A stretch of DNA of 64,000 nt from an uncultured Candidatus Saccharibacteria bacterium (GCA_964493895.1 CAZBPY010000004.1:13271-77270); one strand, 5' to 3'; shown: positions 53,382-61,738, numbered from the stretch's first letter. A program made the numbers and translations. The notes: a model not told the origin generated them from the sequence alone.

Positions 53382-54161
53382 CTACGGACGCAGTGCTCCG
53401 AAGAAGACCTGCCAAGCTAAAGCTGACTTGGCCACCAGGCTTAAAATCATATAAGCCCTTTCACCGTAGAGGTAATCTTTCCAGGATCCAATTTTTTTGT
53501 ATTGCAAATACATATTGACAGCAAAACAGTTGAAAAACACCAATAAGCTGCCGAAAATCCAGTAAACAAAGCTAGGGATTTGGCCACTGCCGTAAACATT
53601 AGATCCCCAGAGGTAAATTGCCACCACAACCCATGGCACAAGGCCGGCTTTACCGCCCAAAATAAATGGCAGCCAGTTAACTTTTCGAGACTTGCCGTTC
53701 CAAACCTCCATAATTAGTCCAGTTCCGTTCATTACAGCCGTTAAGGCAAAGATCATCAGCAGGCTAGCTAGGTCATAAACACCGGCCAAAATAGCAATGG
53801 CCACCATCATGATACTAGCGCTAAAGGCATATTCATACCATCTAGCCGGATTGAGATTACTCTTGAGGTTTTTCTCATACCATCTGCGGCAAAACGTCGC
53901 TAAACTGATGTGAGCCAAAGCTGATGCCAAGAAGAAAGCCGCCACTAGCCAGGCTAGATTAACATCAAAGATCACCTGCGACGCTGGTACCAATTGAACC
54001 GAGTCGCCGGCAGTTAGGCTGTTTGGCGTCAAAAAACTAATACTGATCGGAAAGGATGCGGCTTTGGCCAGTACTAGTACTGCCACCGCCTGCACTGCAT
54101 GCAAGCCGGCCAACACAAAATTCCAAGTTCGCAAATGTTCGAAGTTAACTGTTTTTTTCAT
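53382..54161 (-). CDS. Heliorhodopsin (7-TM retinal-binding protein)
   Basis: 259 aa, 7 TM. C-terminal signature YLQYKKIGSWKDYLYGERAYMILSLVAKSALAWQVF with the Schiff-base Lys (K245). E110 in RWYEYAFSAS. H21 and H84 at family-typical positions. Confidence 0.85.
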   Translation of the reverse strand: MKKTVNFEHLRTWNFVLAGLHAVQAVAVLVLAKAASFPISISFLTPNSLTAGDSVQLVPASQVIFDVNLAWLVAAFFLASALAHISLATFCRRWYEKNLKSNLNPARWYEYAFSASIMMVAIAILAGVYDLASLLMIFALTAVMNGTGLIMEVWNGKSRKVNWLPFILGGKAGLVPWVVVAIYLWGSNVYGSGQIPSFVYWIFGSLLVFFNCFAVNMYLQYKKIGSWKDYLYGERAYMILSLVAKSALAWQVFFGALRP

Positions 54162-54173
54162 GTCTTTACTTTA

Positions 54174-54701
54174 CTACTTCTTGAGACGAGCCGCAAACTT
54201 GTCACGCAACTTTTTCAGCTTTGGATTTATTACTACTTGACAGTAAGCCGCTTCGGGGTGTTTTTGATAGTAATTATGGTGCTCAGGTTCAGCTTCATAG
54301 AAAACTTGGAGCGGCTCTACCTCTGTTACGATCGGGTCAAGCCAAAGCTTTTGAGCTTTATCAATTGACCGACGAACAATACCTTCTTGCTCTGGCGAAT
54401 TGAACAAAATAATTGAACGATATTGCGGACCAACATCATTACCCTGCCGATCCGGAGTAGTCGGATCGTGAATAGTCCAAAAGATATCCAGGATGTCCTC
54501 TAGACTGATAATTTCCGGATTAAAGGTCACCTGCACAGTTTCAGCCCAGCCGTCATCACTGCCATGCAAAGTAGCATATGACGGTTGCGGCCCCTGTCCG
54601 CCGGCATAGCCTGGTACAATCTTCTCAACACCATCAACTAGTTGGTAGGCCGCCTCCAGGCACCAGAAACAACCTCCGCCGAGAACTATTGACTGACTCA
54701 T
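54174..54701 (-). CDS. msrA: Peptide methionine (S)-S-oxide reductase
   Basis: GGGCFWCLEAAY active site. 175 aa. Confidence 0.94.
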   Translation of the reverse strand: MSQSIVLGGGCFWCLEAAYQLVDGVEKIVPGYAGGQGPQPSYATLHGSDDGWAETVQVTFNPEIISLEDILDIFWTIHDPTTPDRQGNDVGPQYRSIILFNSPEQEGIVRRSIDKAQKLWLDPIVTEVEPLQVFYEAEPEHHNYYQKHPEAAYCQVVINPKLKKLRDKFAARLKK

Positions 54702-54874
54702 TTATTTTGTTTGGTAGCCAGCATAGTGATGGCCATTAGCGCAAAACCAATTCCCATACCAATGAACAGTCCGGCCGCAGTATTGCCCAAAGCAATGCCG
54801 ACGCCCATACCGCCGATGATCCCGGCTGGCACGAAAATTGCCCCAGGATTACTGTCTTCTTTATTTTTTGCCAT
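54698..54874 (-). CDS. Unannotated 58-aa glycine-zipper membrane protein, translationally coupled to msrA
   Basis: Not in the ORF track because it is shorter than 60 aa. SD GGGAGGG lies 5 nt before the ATG at 54874. Sequence MAKNKEDSNPGAIFVPAGIIGGMGVGIALGNTAAGLFIGMGIGFALMAITMLATKQNK. Its stop TGA overlaps the msrA ATG (ATGA). Confidence 0.6.
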   Translation of the reverse strand: MAKNKEDSNPGAIFVPAGIIGGMGVGIALGNTAAGLFIGMGIGFALMAITMLATKQNK

Positions 54875-54900
54875 TTTGCCCTCCCTTTTTAGTTACTTAT

Positions 54901-57294
54901 TTACTCTTGTTGAGCTTTCCGGCGTCGATACCATGCATAAAACGCACCAGCCAGGGCGAGCAGAATAAGCAGCCACCACCATGACAGAGCGCTGCCAACT
55001 TTTTCAGTTGTTGCCGCAGAAACTTTGACATTGTCAGCATTCACCTCACCTGCTTGCTCGTCAGTGTCTTCAGTTTCACCCTCAACACCTTGGGCTACTT
55101 GATCTCCATCGCCACCGCCATCGCCGCCCCCGGCTCCATCAGGTCCAGCTGGGCCGGCACCGGCAGCTCCGGCTCCTCCATCAGCAGCAGTTGCTGCTAG
55201 AGGCTGGAAGAATAGTGTTGGTCCACCACCGCCGTCTTGGCCGCCGCCTCCATTTCCGCTAAGGACTATATTGAAGTCATCGGTTGGCTCTGGGTCAGCC
55301 TGGTTGCCAGCTTGGTCAACGGCTGATACAACAACATTGTAGCTGCCGATTGACAAAGATGGAGTAATGAATGACCAGGTTCCACCGGTGTTTTGAGCTT
55401 CTTTTGGAGTGTCGCCATTGATTGATACAAGCACTGTGGCATCTGGATCATTAATTGTTCCGGATAATGTCAGAACTGTATCGCTGGTGTCATCAATTGA
55501 GTCGAGTGTCACAACCGGAGCTGTATTATCGACAGTTACAGTGATCTTGGCAACAGATGGCCCGGGATTAGCTCGCGATCCATCTTTGTTATTGGCTTGG
55601 TCGCGTGTCTCGAAGTAAATGGTGTATTCCCCGTCCTCAAGACCGACAGTATCCCAATCTAATTCGTGAACCAACACTCCGTTAGTAAGCAAGCTTGTCT
55701 TTACATAGCCATTGGGCCCTTCGATACGGAAATAACTGTTCATTGGGTTATCATCAGTTACTTCGCCGACTAGCTTAACTAGGCCATTTACGAAATCGCC
55801 ATCATTATGAGATGTAATCTCCGCAAGAGGCGCATGACGGTCGATTGTAAAGTTTCGAACTAGCGTGGTTGACAGCGTATCTGATACATCCCGAGCATTG
55901 GCCTTGACGTAATAATCGCCATCGGCCAGACCGCTAGTATCACATGACAGAGTGAATTCATCGACGTTAAGAGCCAGGACATTTTTAGTACATGACTTAA
56001 TTAGTTGATTGGCGCTAGTGTAGATGTGGCCAGTAACCTGTTTTAGTTTGACGTTGTCGGTTGCTTTCACTTGAACCAGGCTATTAAAGATTGAGCTATC
56101 AACTGTTGGTTCGAGAATTTCGATGGTTGGTTTGGTTTTGTCATAGTAATAGTGGACTGGGTCGCTCCAATCACTGGCATTGCCAGCATTGTCAAAGGCT
56201 CGTACTCGAATGGTCACACCACCCTGCTCGAAAGTTGCCGGACTATGGTTGCGTTTGGATTGGTTGCCAGCAGTTTCACGGTACGGCCCGCCGCTAAAAC
56301 TGTGACCATCATCGTAAATGTACTCAATTTGGTACTTATTAATGCCATTAGCGTCTGTCGAATCTGTCCAGTCGTTTAGGATTGGTGAACTAGTGAAGGC
56401 TTGCTCATTCAATGGTTTTTCGATCTGGGGCGTTGTCGGAGCAACATTGTCAAAAGTTACTGTAAATGGCGTACTGTAATCAGAGCATAGATCCCCATTA
56501 CAGGCACTGAATGAGAAATAATGTATTCCAGGTCCTTGGGTAAAGTTGTCGTGGTAAACACCCAGACCTGATGAATAGCCGGCCAGATCAGTTGGGTTCC
56601 ATGGAGTACCTACTTTAAATGGTGAGCCGACTATGTCGTTCCAATACTTCAACTGATATCTAGTTACTGTCCCAGCGGAGTTAAGGCTAAAAATAAAGTG
56701 CTGTGAATCGGTTAAGCCTCCGTCAGGAACAACTTCACCGCTTGGATCTTCAGTAAAAGTGGCTGTTGGTACTTGGGGCGGCGGAGCTAATATATCAAAC
56801 AGAGTCCAATCAAAACGTTCGTCGGCTTCTGCACCAAAGGTGGACCTTATCTCAACATAATCATTACCTAAAAATTGCTTATCTGTACTGGAGTGACCGT
56901 TTACACAAAAGGCTGGATAACGATCTTCGACAGCCGGATTTGGATTTGGGCTGGCTAGAGCCTGACCTATATCACCATCTGTTCGATACTCAAAGCAACT
57001 TATATGATTAGCGGATATTTGGGTGCCGCCGTAAAAGCGCATGGTTATTTTTCCAGGGACGCTATCATCGAGAACTTCGGCATGTGCCCAACCATTGGTC
57101 ACATTATTCGCATGAGTGCTGGGATAGGCATAGGCAGCTCTAGCAATGTCTGGGTGAGATAATCCGACAGCTACTGCCGCCAAAGCAAAGCCTACGGCCA
57201 TCGCTCCATGGTATAAATGTCGAATCTTTTTGTTAAGGTTTTTGTATGAATTGAAAATGCGTTTAGTTCGCATAACTATGCTCCTCTGTTCCAA
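54901..57294 (-). CDS. Large secreted/cell-surface protein with Ig-like repeats, a Gly/Asp-rich stalk and a C-terminal TM anchor
   Basis: 797 aa. Signal-like N-terminus (AVGFALAAVAVGLSHPDIARA). Repeated beta-rich modules (DNVAPT, DKTKPT, DNTAPV linkers). GGGGQDGGGG...GGGDGGGDGD. C-terminal WWWLLILLALAGAFYAWYRRRKAQQE. Confidence 0.75.
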   Translation of the reverse strand: MEQRSIVMRTKRIFNSYKNLNKKIRHLYHGAMAVGFALAAVAVGLSHPDIARAAYAYPSTHANNVTNGWAHAEVLDDSVPGKITMRFYGGTQISANHISCFEYRTDGDIGQALASPNPNPAVEDRYPAFCVNGHSSTDKQFLGNDYVEIRSTFGAEADERFDWTLFDILAPPPQVPTATFTEDPSGEVVPDGGLTDSQHFIFSLNSAGTVTRYQLKYWNDIVGSPFKVGTPWNPTDLAGYSSGLGVYHDNFTQGPGIHYFSFSACNGDLCSDYSTPFTVTFDNVAPTTPQIEKPLNEQAFTSSPILNDWTDSTDANGINKYQIEYIYDDGHSFSGGPYRETAGNQSKRNHSPATFEQGGVTIRVRAFDNAGNASDWSDPVHYYYDKTKPTIEILEPTVDSSIFNSLVQVKATDNVKLKQVTGHIYTSANQLIKSCTKNVLALNVDEFTLSCDTSGLADGDYYVKANARDVSDTLSTTLVRNFTIDRHAPLAEITSHNDGDFVNGLVKLVGEVTDDNPMNSYFRIEGPNGYVKTSLLTNGVLVHELDWDTVGLEDGEYTIYFETRDQANNKDGSRANPGPSVAKITVTVDNTAPVVTLDSIDDTSDTVLTLSGTINDPDATVLVSINGDTPKEAQNTGGTWSFITPSLSIGSYNVVVSAVDQAGNQADPEPTDDFNIVLSGNGGGGQDGGGGPTLFFQPLAATAADGGAGAAGAGPAGPDGAGGGDGGGDGDQVAQGVEGETEDTDEQAGEVNADNVKVSAATTEKVGSALSWWWLLILLALAGAFYAWYRRRKAQQE

Positions 57295-57407
57295 ATGCCT
57301 CCACCTGGCTGTTACGGATTAAGCCTACCATATTTTTAAGAAAAAGTTAATAATTGGAGCAATATTACAACAAACCGCTTATGCCTCTAAAGGCAGGTGA
57401 AGTGTGA

Positions 57408-57599
57408 TTAGCCCAGCAGCGCCTGCAAGCCGTAATAGACGATATAGGCTGGCCAGACGCATGCCTGCAAGAAAGCTACGACGATGTTCCAAAAGCCATC
57501 GGCGCGGCCAACGAAAAACACTAGCGCCCCGATCCAGGCCGTGAAAAATACCCAGCCACCGGGTCCGTGATTAGCTACTTTTTGACTATTCTTTCCCAT
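57408..57599 (-). CDS. Small two-TM membrane protein (hypothetical)
   Basis: 63 aa with two hydrophobic helices. Co-oriented with its neighbours. Confidence 0.45.
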   Translation of the reverse strand: MGKNSQKVANHGPGGWVFFTAWIGALVFFVGRADGFWNIVVAFLQACVWPAYIVYYGLQALLG

Positions 57600-57647
57600 A
57601 ACTTCCCTCCCTCTTGTTGTTCGCTACATAAATGGTAACACTATGGG

Positions 57648-58154
57648 CTATCGATCGATAGAGGACACTACAGCCTGCATTTTAACGGCCCAGCCCTGCC
57701 CATCCTCTCCCTCTAAGCTAATCATATGATAGTAAACCGGTCCGGTCGGAAAAGTTCGATCAGAAAGAGTTACATGCCAGTTTTGAGCTACCGGATCTTG
57801 CGGATCGCGGCGCGGCACGTGGTCAGTCGTCGAGACGTCGCCGGCTGGTACCTTATCCAGGTACTCTTCCCATAGCCTTCGTTCCTCAAGGTAACGCTTA
57901 ATAGCCACCTGCCTTGCATAAGCAATTGTCGGCTTCTGGGCACTGTTATAGCCAGCTATCATTACAGGTTTTGTGGGACGCTGGGCGACAACTCTCTCCA
58001 CACCTCTGCCTATAGCAGTAGTGTACCTCGTGATTAGTTTAGCCAACCGGCTGCTGGCCGCAGCATCTGGACCAGGCTGACCATCAACCAACTCATTTGA
58101 CTCTAGCACTTCGCTAGAGTGTTTTAACCAAGCATCTATTTCATGACTGTTCAT
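57648..58154 (-). CDS. Hypothetical protein (168 aa)
   Basis: ORF preceded by a promoter-leader-terminator unit (58193-58338). No motif recognised. Confidence 0.55.
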   Translation of the reverse strand: MNSHEIDAWLKHSSEVLESNELVDGQPGPDAAASSRLAKLITRYTTAIGRGVERVVAQRPTKPVMIAGYNSAQKPTIAYARQVAIKRYLEERRLWEEYLDKVPAGDVSTTDHVPRRDPQDPVAQNWHVTLSDRTFPTGPVYYHMISLEGEDGQGWAVKMQAVVSSIDR

Positions 58155-58192
58155 AAGTTCTTACTGCTAATTTCATGTATTAATCATAAAGC

Positions 58193-58218
58193 AAAAAAGG
58201 ACCGCGGGGGCCCTTTTG
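58193..58218 (-). terminator. Intrinsic terminator, 38 nt upstream of the next start codon
   Basis: The minus strand reads AAAAGGGCC CCCGC GGTCCTTTT followed by TTGC, an 8-bp stem with one mismatch and then a U-run. Confidence 0.5.
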
Positions 58219-58303
58219 TGCCTGCTAGTAAGGCTACGGGAGTCTTGCTAGCCAACAAGCGGAACTATTGCTAGCACTACTTGCTTGTCACCTCACAATG
58301 ACA
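58219..58303 (-). promoter_or_regulatory. Candidate cis-regulatory leader or small RNA with three CTAGCA repeats
   Basis: Lies between the promoter (58310-58338) and the terminator (58193-58218). Hairpins GTCA(8)TGAC, CAAGC(22)GCTTG and GCTAG(19)CTAGC. The motif GCTAGCAA/GCTAGCAA/ACTAGCAG occurs three times. Confidence 0.4.
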
Positions 58304-58309
58304 GGTCTA

Positions 58310-58338
58310 ACTATAACCCTCATCAAGCGCGCCGTCAA
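58310..58338 (-). promoter_or_regulatory. Sigma-70-type promoter downstream of lysS
   Basis: Minus strand TTGACG (58338-58333), 17 nt, TATAGT (58315-58310). Confidence 0.5.
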
Positions 58339-58395
58339 GATATCATTGTAAAAACTACAAATTATGATATAAATGCTTATGTTTATGTTTCGGAG

Positions 58396-59907
58396 TTAAT
58401 CGAAGTTGATGTCGGGGTAAATTGCCCTGGTGGTGGCATCGATCTCTGCCCTAAGTTGCGGGAATGGCACGCCTTCACGGGCTGAAACACCTTCAAATAC
58501 CCAAAAAACTCTTTCCGAATAACCCAAACCGCAAGCCGGCGGCATGCCATACTCCAGCATCTCGACATAATCAATATCCAGCATCTGGGCTTCATCGTCA
58601 CCCTCGTCGCGCAGGCGCTGCTGCTCCATGAAACGCTCTAATTGATCAATCGGGTCGTTCAGCTCACTCCAACCATTACACAGCTCCGAACCAGCAATAA
58701 CTGCTTGAAAACGCTGTACAAATCGTCCATCCTTGTCATCGGTCTTCGACAACGGCGAAATAAACGTCGGTGTGTCGATCAGCCAAACTGGACCGGCGAC
58801 CTCGGCACGAACCTTTTTCCATAACTTATCAATACCGCGAGCTCGATTTTCAGTCTTCTCGACCTCAATATTATGTTTCTTAAGTTGGGCTTTGACTTCA
58901 TCTAAAGTGCAATCAAAAACATCCAGGCCGTAGTGTTCTTTAATAACATCAGCGTATTTCCATCGCTCCCAACGAGCACCCATATCAACTTGCTTGCCCT
59001 CAATAGTGAACTTCAGGGTTCCGAAAGTTTCTTTGAGGACTTGTTTGAACATTTCCTCCATCATGGCCATGCCGTCTTGCCAGTCGGCATAAGCCCAGTA
59101 CCACTCCATGGCCACGTGTTCGGGCAAATGCTCATCGGAGTAATTTTCGTTTCTAAACCGCGGACCGATATCAAAAACCTTCTCAAAACCGCCGCCCAAC
59201 AAACGCTTGAGGGGTAATTCATGGCTAATGCGCAAGTAAAAATCCTGATCCAAGGCATCCATGTGCGTCACAAATGGCGTAGCATCAGCCCCACCAGTGG
59301 TGTGTTCTAAAACTGGAATGTTGATTTCTAGAAAGTCACGTTTGAGGAGAAAATCACGCGTAGCTTGCCAGAACTTGCTGCGGCGCACAAACCTTTGGCG
59401 CACCTCTGGATTGACGTTCATGTCAACATAGCGTCGGCGCATCCGCTCTTCTTTATTAGTAAAGCCATTCTCGGCCGTTGGCATAGGTCGTAGCGACTTG
59501 GTTAGTAGGCGCAACTTCTCGACATCAACTGAAATCTCGCCAGTTTGAGTCTTGACCACCTTGCCGCTGGCTTCGACAAAATCGCCCGGATCTAACAGGC
59601 TCAGATCAGTAAATTCTAACTCACTGTTTTTATAATCAGCCGATTCAATGCCGCCAGATCGCAAAAACAATTGGACATCACCGCTAGCGTCGCGCAGGAC
59701 TACAAAGGCTAGTTTACCAATGTCACGAATCCGGATAATTCGGCCGACAACCGAGACCTGTTGGCCTTCTAGGCTGGAAAAATCCTTGATGACTTCAGCG
59801 TTGGTGTGGGTACGATTTGAATTAGCCGGATAGGGGTTAACTCCCAAATCACGCAATTGTTTAAGTTTACGTAGCCGCTCATCGCGCAGCTCTTGCAGGT
59901 TTGCCAT
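58396..59907 (-). CDS. lysS: Lysine--tRNA ligase (class II)
   Basis: 503 aa. OB-fold N-terminus (VSVVGRIIRIRDIGKLAFVVLRD). Class II motifs (FRNE, GGADATPF region, GLGYSERV). Confidence 0.95.
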   Translation of the reverse strand: MANLQELRDERLRKLKQLRDLGVNPYPANSNRTHTNAEVIKDFSSLEGQQVSVVGRIIRIRDIGKLAFVVLRDASGDVQLFLRSGGIESADYKNSELEFTDLSLLDPGDFVEASGKVVKTQTGEISVDVEKLRLLTKSLRPMPTAENGFTNKEERMRRRYVDMNVNPEVRQRFVRRSKFWQATRDFLLKRDFLEINIPVLEHTTGGADATPFVTHMDALDQDFYLRISHELPLKRLLGGGFEKVFDIGPRFRNENYSDEHLPEHVAMEWYWAYADWQDGMAMMEEMFKQVLKETFGTLKFTIEGKQVDMGARWERWKYADVIKEHYGLDVFDCTLDEVKAQLKKHNIEVEKTENRARGIDKLWKKVRAEVAGPVWLIDTPTFISPLSKTDDKDGRFVQRFQAVIAGSELCNGWSELNDPIDQLERFMEQQRLRDEGDDEAQMLDIDYVEMLEYGMPPACGLGYSERVFWVFEGVSAREGVPFPQLRAEIDATTRAIYPDINFD

Positions 59908-59935
59908 TACTTGAATTGTACGTGCCTTAGTGGCT

Positions 59936-60406
59936 TTAGTAAATATCGACGATTTTATAAGTCATGGTTTCGACAGGAGTTTTGATTTCAACCTCGTCGC
60001 CTTCTTTTTGTCCCATCAAAGCCTTGCCAATCGGTGATTCATCAGAAATTTTGCCGTTCATTGGGTCGGCTTCGACAGTTCCGACAACTCGGAATTCTTT
60101 CATTTTCCCGCCCTCTTTAGCCTTCAATTTGACGCCTGACCCTAAGCGGACCTTGCTATCGTTGGTTGGCTTTCTAATAACTTCAACGTTTTGGAGGATA
60201 TTCTCGATTTCAGCAATTCGAGTCTCGGCCTTTTCCTGCTCTTCGCGGGCAGCTGCATATTCGGCGTTTTCAGCCAAATCACCGAATTCGCGGGCAGTCT
60301 TGATGCGTTCGGCAATTGGAATACGTTCGGCCAATAGCGACTCTAGCTCAGCTTTTAGCTCAGCTACACCTTCTTTGGTCAAATGGAATTGCTTCTTCAT
60401 AGACAC
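59936..60406 (-). CDS. greA: Transcription elongation factor GreA
   Basis: LTKEGVAELKAELESL, GDLAENAEYAAAREEQ, C-terminal ISDESPIGKALMGQKEGDEV. 156 aa. Confidence 0.94.
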   Translation of the reverse strand: MSMKKQFHLTKEGVAELKAELESLLAERIPIAERIKTAREFGDLAENAEYAAAREEQEKAETRIAEIENILQNVEVIRKPTNDSKVRLGSGVKLKAKEGGKMKEFRVVGTVEADPMNGKISDESPIGKALMGQKEGDEVEIKTPVETMTYKIVDIY

Positions 60407-60484
60407 CTCTTTTCCTGCACATCTACCTCAAGAATTATTAAATTTTTCTTAAATTCCAGGAGTTGCTGTATTATAGCAAGCTCT

Positions 60485-61738
60485 TCAAGTCCTGGCCAAT
60501 TTTTCCAGCAACTCATCTTCTGTAATCATTTTTGCTTCAGTTTCTGTTCTGCTTTTATATTCAATTTTGCCCTGTTTAAGCGTTTTTTGACTGATCACCA
60601 CTCGGTGTGGAATGCCTAACAAATCGGCATCGGCAAATTTCTCGCCCGGCCTCATATCACGGTCATCGTAAAGTACCTCGACTCCTTGCTGAGAGAGATT
60701 GTCATACAGACTATCAGCCGCTGAGGCTACTTGTTCGTCTGCCTCCAGACGGACAACAATTACCTGGGCCGGAGCAATCTCCTCTGGCCAAACCAGGCCG
60801 TTGTTATCCGAAAACAGTTCGGCAATTGTGCCCATCACCCGGCTGACACCGATGCCATAGCAGCCCATGATCAGGGTCTGCTCTTGGCCATTTTCGTCAA
60901 TCACCGCCAGGTCAATCGGAGCCGAAAACTTAGTACCTAGGCTGAAGATGTTGCCTACTTCAATGGCTCGGGCTTCCTCTAGCTCCTCGCGGTTCAAACC
61001 AAGTTCAGATAGAACTTCATCAAACAGTACCTCTTTGTTAACAGCGATATTCTTATCACGACTGATGTAAATAGTGTCCTCACCGGCCTCTGATAAAGTC
61101 TGGTATTCGTGGCTGTATTTGCTAAAGCTGCCGCCGCTGGCAAAAGTCATGAACGTTCGATCACCCAGACCAAATCTCTGATAAATTTTTGCGTAGGCCT
61201 CTTGAGCCTTTTTATAGAACTCGTCGTGCATTTCCTGAGACGTGGCAAACGAGTACATGTCCTTCATCAGAAACTCGCGGCCACGCATCAGTCCACTTTT
61301 ACTACGAAGCTCGTTACGAAACTTGGTTTGTATCTGGTAGATAGCCAGTGGCAGGTCACGGTAGGACGAGACATACTCCTTGACAATTGGTGTCAGGTTT
61401 TCTTCGTGCGAAAACCCCAAACCCAACTCAGTGCCATTTACTAGCTTGGTTTTAAACCAATTATCAACCACCTTGTCATCCCAGCGGCCAGTGGCTTCAT
61501 AGCGTTCTTTTATCTGCAGAGCCGGCATCGACACCTCCTGAGCGCCCATGGCATCCATTTCTTCGCGGATAATTTGCTCGACTTTGCGCAGCACTTTCAG
61601 CCCCAGCGGTAAATAGCTATACACCCCGGCCATCTCCTTATGGATGTAACCGGCCTGTATCAGTAACTGGGCATTCTTGGCCGTCTCGTCAGCTGGAACA
61701 TCTTTGCGAGTCCTAGTAAATAATTTTGATAGTCTCAC
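60485..61738 (-). CDS. proS: Proline--tRNA ligase, bacterial type, lacking the INS editing domain
   Basis: Start set at GTG 61738 (VRLSKLF... aligns with the canonical MR.S.L N-terminus). That GTG overlaps the upstream stop (GTGA). Motif 2 FRNELRSKSGLMRGREFLMKD and motif 3 GCYGIGVSRV are only ~130 aa apart. The ORF track extends to 61765. Confidence 0.92.
   Translation of the reverse strand: MRLSKLFTRTRKDVPADETAKNAQLLIQAGYIHKEMAGVYSYLPLGLKVLRKVEQIIREEMDAMGAQEVSMPALQIKERYEATGRWDDKVVDNWFKTKLVNGTELGLGFSHEENLTPIVKEYVSSYRDLPLAIYQIQTKFRNELRSKSGLMRGREFLMKDMYSFATSQEMHDEFYKKAQEAYAKIYQRFGLGDRTFMTFASGGSFSKYSHEYQTLSEAGEDTIYISRDKNIAVNKEVLFDEVLSELGLNREELEEARAIEVGNIFSLGTKFSAPIDLAVIDENGQEQTLIMGCYGIGVSRVMGTIAELFSDNNGLVWPEEIAPAQVIVVRLEADEQVASAADSLYDNLSQQGVEVLYDDRDMRPGEKFADADLLGIPHRVVISQKTLKQGKIEYKSRTETEAKMITEDELLEKLART

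Noticed and set aside
54711-54968. The 85-aa + strand ORF in the track.
   Set aside because: It is antisense to the SD-preceded, msrA-coupled 58-aa ORF and to the 3-prime end of the surface-protein gene. It has no ribosome-binding site and is hydrophobic only as a mirror image of the glycine-zipper peptide.
55000-55300. The Gly/Asp/Ala-rich stalk of the surface protein as a possible tandem DNA repeat, or a DGR variable region.
   Set aside because: I could not find exact nucleotide-level tandem units or a template-repeat copy elsewhere in the window. No reverse transcriptase is present.
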